Source: Alphaproteobacteria bacterium
GTDB taxonomy: Bacteria; Pseudomonadota; Alphaproteobacteria; UBA7887
NCBI GenBank assembly: GCA_965216755.1
Contig: CBDCGL010000011.1
Span: forward strand, 4,384,001 to 4,448,000
Direction: 5' to 3'
DNA length: 64,000 nt
Part shown: positions 57,699 through 64,000 of the stretch, in pieces
Layout: every line of letters begins with the position of its first letter
Numbering within the stretch: position 1 is the first letter of the stretch
Translations under genes and position numbers: made by a program
Notes under the pieces: model-generated
Told to the model about the DNA's origin: nothing
What the model saw: only the letters and a program-made list of their open reading frames with translations
The model's database searches: none

Positions 57699-58382
57699 CT
57701 AGTTCGATTCGCCGGATCGGACGCGTCGGCGGTTGGCCCAGACTTGCAGCCCATAGGCCACCAATAACGTGGCGGCGACCGCGGCAATGATGACGGTGAT
57801 CGTTTTTGGGTTCGGATCGGCGATCAAGGCTTGCAGACGATCGCCGAGGACCACAAGAGCGATTGTCAGAGGGGCCAGGCCGCACAGGGTGCCCACCAGA
57901 TAGTCGCGAAATCGCATCTCGGTGGCGCCCGCAACCACGCTGACCACGCTGAAAGGCGCCGGGATATTCCGGATCATCGCCGTCGCGATAATGCCTTGAT
58001 GGGCAAGTTGCCGGTTGATGGCGGCGAAAAACGCGCCGCCGACCCGTCGTGCGAATGGTTGACCGGAGAGACGTCCGATCCAAAACAGCAAGCTGGCACT
58101 GCTCGCGATGCCCAACGAACTGACGACCAAGCCGAAAACAGGGCCGAAAAGTAGGCCGGCGGCCGCCATCAAGATGGTTGCCGGAAAGGAAATCAGGCCC
58201 AGCAGAGGAAAAGCCACGATCACCAATAGGGGCATATAAGGCACGCTACGAATGCGCTCGAACCAGGCGACGACGTCATGGATACTGGGCGCGCCGGCCG
58301 ACCAGTAGTACGCCAGGCCCACGAGGGCAGCCACGCCCAGCGCCGCACAAATGGCGAGACCCACCAGCCGTCGTGATGTCAT
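57699..58382 (-). CDS. TVP38/TMEM64 (VTT/DedA) family membrane protein
   Basis: FPATILMAAAGLLFGP, R.IPAPF, FRDYLVGT..GLAP. Confidence 0.85.
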   Translation of the reverse strand: MTSRRLVGLAICAALGVAALVGLAYYWSAGAPSIHDVVAWFERIRSVPYMPLLVIVAFPLLGLISFPATILMAAAGLLFGPVFGLVVSSLGIASSASLLFWIGRLSGQPFARRVGGAFFAAINRQLAHQGIIATAMIRNIPAPFSVVSVVAGATEMRFRDYLVGTLCGLAPLTIALVVLGDRLQALIADPNPKTITVIIAAVAATLLVAYGLQVWANRRRVRSGESN

Positions 58383-58453
58383 CGAAACTGCGTCATGCTG
58401 GGAAAAGTTCGCGGACCAATGCGAATGACAAGATTAGGGGAGTGATATAGCGG

Positions 58454-59623
58454 ATGAAGATTACATCTGTCGAAGACCTGCATTGCAACGCCGGCTGGCG
58501 TAATTTCTCATTTTTGAAGGTCACCACCGACGACGGCGTTGTCGGCTATTCCGAATACAACGAGAGCTACGGCAGTCGCGGGCTGACGGCCGTTATCCGT
58601 CGACTTGCCGAAGGGCTGATCGGGCAAGATCCGCGGCCGATCGAGCGAATCACGTCGCGGCTTTACGCCCAAACCCGACAGGCGCCGGGCGGCGTCAACC
58701 AACAGGCGATCGCCGCGTTGGAAAATGCGCTATTGGATGTCAAAGGCAAGGCCCTCGGCGTGCCCGTCTACGAGTTGTTCGGCGGGCCGGCGCGCGATCG
58801 CTTGCGGCTCTACTGGTCCCATTGCGGCACCTATCGCCTGCACCATGCGGCGGTCATGGGCTGCCCGCCGTTGCGTAGCTTGAATGATGTTGAGGCACTG
58901 GGGCGTCATGTGCGCGGGCAGGGGTTTACCGCGCTGAAAACCAACATATTCATGTTCGATGGTGAGGCGCCGGAACTCTATATGCCCGGCTTCAGCTATT
59001 CGGGCGATGGCCCTGAGCTGAATATCGACAATCGGGTCTTGTCGGCGTTGGAAAGCCAGATTGGCGCTTTACGTGATGGTGCCGGAGATACCGATATCCT
59101 GCTGGATCTCAACTTCAATTTCAAAACCGAGGGCTATATCAAAATTGCGCGCACTCTGGAGCGGTTCGGCCTCATGTGGCTGGAGATCGATTCCTATGAC
59201 GCGGCTGCGCTAGGCCTGATCCGTCGCTTGAGCCCGACCCCGATCGCCTCGTGTGAGTCGCTGTATGGCCGTCGCGCGTTCAGGCCATTTCTCGAAGGCC
59301 ATGCCATGGATGTCGCGATAGTCGACGTACCGTGGAACGGTCTGGCCGAATCCTTGAAAATCGCGGCCATGGCCGAGGCCTTCGAAGTCAATGTCGCGCC
59401 GCATAATTTTTATGGCCATTTGTCGACCTTGATGAGCGCGCACTTCTGTGCAGCTGTGCCGAATTTTCGGATCATGGAGATCGACATCGACGATGTGCCA
59501 TGGAAAGACGACCTGGTCACCAAACCGCCGGTCGTGGAAGATGGTCATTTGTTGATCCCGACCGGGCCTGGTTGGGGCGCGGATGTCAACGAGGAGGTCG
59601 TGCGCGCGCACCCACCGAAATAG
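58454..59623 (+). CDS. Mandelate racemase/muconate lactonizing enzyme family protein
   Basis: LKVTTDDGVVGYSE, ALLDVKGKALGVPVYELFGG, WLE, ASCES, VAPHN, PTGPGWG. Confidence 0.92.
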   Translation: MKITSVEDLHCNAGWRNFSFLKVTTDDGVVGYSEYNESYGSRGLTAVIRRLAEGLIGQDPRPIERITSRLYAQTRQAPGGVNQQAIAALENALLDVKGKALGVPVYELFGGPARDRLRLYWSHCGTYRLHHAAVMGCPPLRSLNDVEALGRHVRGQGFTALKTNIFMFDGEAPELYMPGFSYSGDGPELNIDNRVLSALESQIGALRDGAGDTDILLDLNFNFKTEGYIKIARTLERFGLMWLEIDSYDAAALGLIRRLSPTPIASCESLYGRRAFRPFLEGHAMDVAIVDVPWNGLAESLKIAAMAEAFEVNVAPHNFYGHLSTLMSAHFCAAVPNFRIMEIDIDDVPWKDDLVTKPPVVEDGHLLIPTGPGWGADVNEEVVRAHPPK

Positions 59624-59628
59624 TCGGC

Positions 59629-60501
59629 TTATGCGGAACCGCCATCAAGGCTGAGAAGGGGGGCGTAGAGATCGGGTCGGCGATCGCGAAATAACCCCCA
59701 CGATGCGCGCGCCGCCCGGATGCGGTCGAAATCGAGGTCCGCTGTGACGACTTCGCTGCCGTCGTTCGATGCTTGCGCAACAATGGCGCCGGTTTCATCG
59801 GCAATAAACGATGTGCCGTAAAACGTCATCGTCGCGCTGTCGGAAACTTCGGTGCCAATTCGATTGGCGGCGACCACGGGAACCATGTTTGCCGCCGCGT
59901 GACCTTGCATCACGCGCCGCCAATGGCCAGAAGAGTCGAGGGTGGCATCTTGCGGCTCATTGCCGATCGCCGTCGGGTACATCAGCACGTCCGCGCCTTG
60001 TAGAGCCATGGCGCGGGCGCATTCCGGAAACCACTGATCCCAACAAACGGCCGCACCGACCCGACCATGGCGCGTCGGCCATACGCGAAAACCAGTGTCG
60101 CCGGGGCTGAAATAGAACTTCTCTTGATATCCGGGGCCGTCCGGAATGTGGCTTTTGCGGTATTGGCCCATCACGGTGCCATCGGCGTCGATCATGACCA
60201 GGGTGTTGAAATAGGCGTTGTGGGCCCGCTCGAAAACGCTGATCGGCAGTACGACGCCCAACGTGCGCGCCAGCTCAGAGAATCTCCCTATGGTCGGATG
60301 GCCATCGATGGGGCGGGCAAACTTGAACACGTCCTGTTTTTGATCCGGACAAAAATAGGGTGTCTCAAACAGTTCCTGGAGCAGAACGATAGTGGCACCG
60401 CGCCCGGCGGCTTCGCGCACCAGGCTTTCCGCCCCGGCGATATTGGCCTCTACGTCCCAGCCACACGCCATCTGCGTGGCGGCGACCGTGACGATGGTCA
60501 T
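59629..60501 (-). CDS. aguB: N-carbamoylputrescine amidase
   Basis: LQELFETPYFC, YRKSHIPDGPGYQEKFYFSPGDTG, CWDQWFPE, YPTAIG, MQGHAAAN, FRDRRP. Confidence 0.93.
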   Translation of the reverse strand: MTIVTVAATQMACGWDVEANIAGAESLVREAAGRGATIVLLQELFETPYFCPDQKQDVFKFARPIDGHPTIGRFSELARTLGVVLPISVFERAHNAYFNTLVMIDADGTVMGQYRKSHIPDGPGYQEKFYFSPGDTGFRVWPTRHGRVGAAVCWDQWFPECARAMALQGADVLMYPTAIGNEPQDATLDSSGHWRRVMQGHAAANMVPVVAANRIGTEVSDSATMTFYGTSFIADETGAIVAQASNDGSEVVTADLDFDRIRAARASWGLFRDRRPDLYAPLLSLDGGSA

Positions 60502-61883
60502 GCGGCGATGGCGACGCCAAGGTCGCGCGCGGTTAGATCCAAACAGTGGCGGGCGACGTGCACCAATTCGTCGATCTGTGCCGGTTCGATAATCAGCGCG
60601 GGCGACATCACCATCGTGTCGCGCACGGCCCGCATAACAAGATTATTCGCAAAACAATGATCGCGGCATATTTGACCGGCGGCCTCGGAAAACCGTTCGC
60701 GTGTTGCCCTGTTTTGCACCAGTTCGATCGCCCCGAGCAGGCCGATTGACCGGACCTCGCCAACAATCGGATGGTCGGCTAAAGATCCGAGCGCCTGGGC
60801 CAGATACGGACCGGTTTCGTCACGGACTCTGTCAACCAGACCCTCGCGCGCGATGATGTCGATGTTTCGCAAAGCCACCGCGCAAGCAACAGGATGACCG
60901 GAATAGGTATAGCCGTGGGTGAACTCGCCGCCCTGGTCGATCAGTACGTCGGCGACCCGATCTTTGATCGCGACCGCCGAGATCGGCACATAGCCAGACG
61001 ATAGCCCCTTGGCCATGTTGACCAGATCCGGTTCGATGCCAAACGTCTCAAGGGCGAACCAATTGCCGGTGCGGCCGAAACCGCAAATCACTTCGTCATC
61101 GACCAACAGCACGTCGTACTGTTTGCAAATGCGATTGATCTCGGGCCAATAGGAACCCGGGGGGATCACCACGCCGCCGGCACCTTGTACCGGCTCGCCG
61201 ATGAAAGCCGCCACGGAGTCGGCGCCAAGCTCCAATATCTTGTCTTCCAGCGCGCGGGCCGCGCGGCGGCCGAAGTCGGCTGGATTTTCGTCGCCGCCTT
61301 CTTCAAACCAATAGGGCTGGTCGATATGCACGACCCCCGGTATCGGCAAATCGCCTTGGGCGTGCATGCCTTTCATGCCGCCCAGACTGGCCGCGGCCAT
61401 GGTCGAGCCGTGATAGCCATTCCAGCGGCTGATGAAAGTTTTCTTCGTCGGCTTGCCCATCAGGTCCCAATAAGTGCGCACCAAACGCATGGCCGTGTCG
61501 GCGGCCTCGGACCCTGAGTTGTTGAAGAAGACATGGTTGAAACCATCCGGCAGCAGTGCACTGATTCGCGCGGCCAAATGAATGACGGGCGGAGTCGCGG
61601 TTTTGAAGAAGGTATTGTAATAGGGAAGAGTCAGCATTTGCTCGCGGGCCACGTCGGCAAGTTCGGCGCGACCGTAGCCGACATTGACGCACCACAGCCC
61701 CGCCATGCCGTCGAGGATCCGATTCCCGTCGGTATCCCAGACGTAGCAGCCATCGGCGCGGTTGATAATCCGGCTGCCGCCGCCGGCTATCATAGTTTTG
61801 GTGTCGGTTTGGGCGTGGAAGTGGTGATCGGCGTCCAGTTTCCGCAGCGCCTCAGTGTCGTTGGTGCCGTACAGCTGTGCCAT
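60498..61883 (-). CDS. Class III PLP aminotransferase (putrescine:pyruvate aminotransferase, SpuC-like)
   Basis: LDGMAGLWCVNVGYG, NSGSEA, GYHGST, GEPVQGAGGV, DEVICGFGRTG, AKGLSSGY, HGYTYSGHP; overlaps the aguB start. Confidence 0.92.
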   Translation of the reverse strand: MAQLYGTNDTEALRKLDADHHFHAQTDTKTMIAGGGSRIINRADGCYVWDTDGNRILDGMAGLWCVNVGYGRAELADVAREQMLTLPYYNTFFKTATPPVIHLAARISALLPDGFNHVFFNNSGSEAADTAMRLVRTYWDLMGKPTKKTFISRWNGYHGSTMAAASLGGMKGMHAQGDLPIPGVVHIDQPYWFEEGGDENPADFGRRAARALEDKILELGADSVAAFIGEPVQGAGGVVIPPGSYWPEINRICKQYDVLLVDDEVICGFGRTGNWFALETFGIEPDLVNMAKGLSSGYVPISAVAIKDRVADVLIDQGGEFTHGYTYSGHPVACAVALRNIDIIAREGLVDRVRDETGPYLAQALGSLADHPIVGEVRSIGLLGAIELVQNRATRERFSEAAGQICRDHCFANNLVMRAVRDTMVMSPALIIEPAQIDELVHVARHCLDLTARDLGVAIAA

Positions 61884-62021
61884 TGCGCGAGCGACTCGAC
61901 GTTGGGTTTCGGGGCCTATAAGGATAGGAGTCAAGATAGAAGCGAATGCGCAGATTGCGAAGGGCGGATGTGCGAACGGGGCGGTGATGCCGCACTTGGC
62001 CAACAGGCTGGTGTGGTATTG

Positions 62022-62498
62022 ATGACCATTGGCTATCAAGGCTGTACGGCGGATGTCTTTGTGGAGGCGCTGCGGAGCGCGGGTGTGCGGACTCTGGTGG
62101 ACGTGCGTGATGCGCCGATTTCGCGCAAGGAAGGTTTCTCGAAAAAGGCGCTTGCCGCGACCCTCGCACGGGAGGGAATCGATTACGTTCATCTGCGCGG
62201 TTTGGGCAATCCGAAGCCCGGACGCGACGCAGCCCGTGCCGGCGACATGGCCGGGTATCTGCAGGTCTTTCTCACTCATCTTGATTGCGCCGAGGCCCAA
62301 GCCGATATGGTCCGATTGCGATGTTTGGCGCGCGCCGGCGGTACATGTTTAATGTGTTTTGAATGCGATCCGCGCAAATGTCATCGCGTAATCGTGGCCG
62401 AACGCGCGGCCCATGGCGCTGATATCGCTCTGGTACACTTGGATGCCACCGCGCCATTGTTTGCCTATGGTGGAGATCGCTGTTGTCATGTCGGATGA
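62022..62498 (+). CDS. DUF488 domain protein
   Basis: TIGYQG, LVDVRDAPISRKEGFSK, LGNPKPGR, CLMCFECDPRKCHR. Start may be slightly upstream. Confidence 0.88.
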   Translation: MTIGYQGCTADVFVEALRSAGVRTLVDVRDAPISRKEGFSKKALAATLAREGIDYVHLRGLGNPKPGRDAARAGDMAGYLQVFLTHLDCAEAQADMVRLRCLARAGGTCLMCFECDPRKCHRVIVAERAAHGADIALVHLDATAPLFAYGGDRCCHVG

Positions 62499-62904
62499 TG
62501 TCTCCGGCAAAGACGATGCGGTCTTTTTCCTGCGGGCAACGCCGGTTTTGCGCACGAACGATTATGCGCGCGCGCGTGGCTTCTATCATGACGCACTGGG
62601 ATTCGAGATCGTCGAGGAAGGCGGTTCGCCGCCGCACTTTGGGATCTTTCAGCGTGGCGGCAGTATCGTTTTTGTGAATGGGTGGGAAGGTGCGCCACCG
62701 GCGCTGCCACGTGGTTGGCACGCCTATATGCACGTGCAGGGTCTGGCCGCGCTGTACGCGCAGTTTGTTGCGGCCGGAGTCGAAGTTAGCCGACCCATTT
62801 CGGAAACGGTCTATGGCATGCGCGAGTTTGAGGTGATCGATCTAGACGGTAATGTGTTGTGTTTTGGCGAAGATGTCGCTGGAGTTGGAGCGCAGCAACC
62901 ATGA
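62488..62904 (+). CDS. VOC / bleomycin-resistance family protein
   Basis: PVLRTND...FYHDALGF...YGMREFEVIDLDGNVLCFG. Confidence 0.88.
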   Translation: MSDDVSGKDDAVFFLRATPVLRTNDYARARGFYHDALGFEIVEEGGSPPHFGIFQRGGSIVFVNGWEGAPPALPRGWHAYMHVQGLAALYAQFVAAGVEVSRPISETVYGMREFEVIDLDGNVLCFGEDVAGVGAQQP

Positions 62905-63284
62905 GGGGCTTTCAGGTCGCTATGACACGGGTATTGTTCGCCGGGATCGCCGTGACGGCACTGAGCGGCGCGCCCGTGCTGGCGCAAGACGATGCGGCTT
63001 TTGTTGGGCCGTCGACGGAAGGCTTCGTGCGCAATCAGAAAGGGATCTTCGACTTCGACGACGATGGCGAGCCGGAGACCTTCGCGCAAGGCTTCACCAA
63101 TCGTGCCGGCGACCAGCTGATCGAGTACGCGGCGCTGGGCGGAATCATATGGGCTGTGTTGTTCAAATCCGCCGGATCCGATGAGAGCTATGTGCTCAGC
63201 GACACGGACTGCGACGGCAGGTTCGACCAGCGCGCGCCGATCTCTGAAGGAGTCGTCCGACCAAGCTGTCTCGATAGTCATTGA
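62901..63284 (+). CDS. Small secreted protein with DxDxDG-like motifs
   Basis: Signal peptide ending VLA; DFDDDGEPE and DTDCDGRFD; ATGA coupling with the upstream gene. Confidence 0.7.
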   Translation: MRGFQVAMTRVLFAGIAVTALSGAPVLAQDDAAFVGPSTEGFVRNQKGIFDFDDDGEPETFAQGFTNRAGDQLIEYAALGGIIWAVLFKSAGSDESYVLSDTDCDGRFDQRAPISEGVVRPSCLDSH

Positions 63285-63335
63285 GGCCGCGCCCGACGCG
63301 GTCCCGGCCGTGCGGTGTAATAAGTAACCTGGCGC

Positions 63336-64000
63336 TTATTCCGCCATGGCGGGGGCGGTTCTTGGCTGGCGCCCGGGCAAGAGCGTGGCGGCCAACGTAA
63401 TCGCGGCGGCGAGCCCGGCAAGGATCAAGAACAGTCCATAGAATCCGTATGAGCTTGTTTGCATAAGCGCCACTAAATAAATACCAATCGGCGCAGCACC
63501 AAAGGCGATCACGAACTTGACCCCAAACATCAAGCCTTGTCGATGTGAGGGCGTATTGCGTGCCAGCAGCATGTTCTCGGCCGCCATCGTGGTGGCATTG
63601 GTGGCCAACACCGTCGTGACCAGGCCGACCAAAAGTGGCCCCCCATATAAGGCTGCCAACCACAAGAACGGAACCTGGACCAACCAACCAAGCAGATAGA
63701 CCTGCTTCAGCGGATAGCGATCGGCCAAATGGCCGCCAATCAATTGGGTTGCGCCGGCGATCGCATAGACGACCGCGACCGCCGCGCCGACCCCGAAGAT
63801 GCCTGTACCGAACAAGTCTTCAAGCCGTTCATCGAAGATCTTCGGCATGGCGGTTTGCATTGACTGATAGATTAATCCCCCCGCGGCCATCGCGAACATG
63901 AGCACCAACAGGACCCGCCAGCGTTCGCTGCGCGCGGCAGCAGCTTGCGCGGCGGATTCGCGCGCGACCGCCGGACCTTCTGCCAGTCGACCCGTCGCCC
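63336..64000 (-). CDS. MFS transporter (5' part outside the window)
   Basis: Frame open to the window end; multiple TM helices; GGHLADRYP loop motif. Confidence 0.88.
   Translation of the reverse strand, partial: ATGRLAEGPAVARESAAQAAAARSERWRVLLVLMFAMAAGGLIYQSMQTAMPKIFDERLEDLFGTGIFGVGAAVAVVYAIAGATQLIGGHLADRYPLKQVYLLGWLVQVPFLWLAALYGGPLLVGLVTTVLATNATTMAAENMLLARNTPSHRQGLMFGVKFVIAFGAAPIGIYLVALMQTSSYGFYGLFLILAGLAAAITLAATLLPGRQPRTAPAMAE

Noticed and set aside
60498-62300. 600-aa form of the aminotransferase
   Set aside because: The N-terminal extension is antisense to the DUF488 gene; family similarity starts at ATG 61883.

Overview
A 64-kb, GC-rich chromosomal segment, most likely from an alphaproteobacterium (Rhodospirillales-like by gene content: PRK07559-type dCTP deaminase, aa3-type coxBA, RSP_7527-like small protein, alpha-type IS ends). 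It holds about 60 CDSs, mostly housekeeping or accessory metabolism (dcd, coxB/coxA, hemN, glnS, mscS, aguB plus a putrescine aminotransferase, SDRs, dioxygenases, DUF1800/DUF1501). I found no rRNA, tRNA or CRISPR array. The most striking structure is a ~9.2-kb islet (23733-32897) with no integrase, bracketed by a 288-bp, ~97% identical direct repeat of the 3' end of a cupin dioxygenase gene. The islet carries three translationally coupled membrane-anchored class III nucleotide cyclase/TolB-like/TPR receptors produced by a 1907-bp tandem duplication, with near-identical cyclase and linker blocks but a strongly diverged TPR sensor. It also carries a YHS protein and a secreted His/Trp-rich protein paired with a di-heme CcP/MauG-family enzyme. 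Other points of interest: a LysR-divergent 54-aa protein with an anti-Shine-Dalgarno hairpin (candidate 3'UTR sRNA), a chimeric IS5/IS630 scar, several apparent pseudo-enzymes, a LysR protein with no HTH, and FNR- and CRP-type boxes. All family assignments come from reading motifs by eye; no database searches were run.
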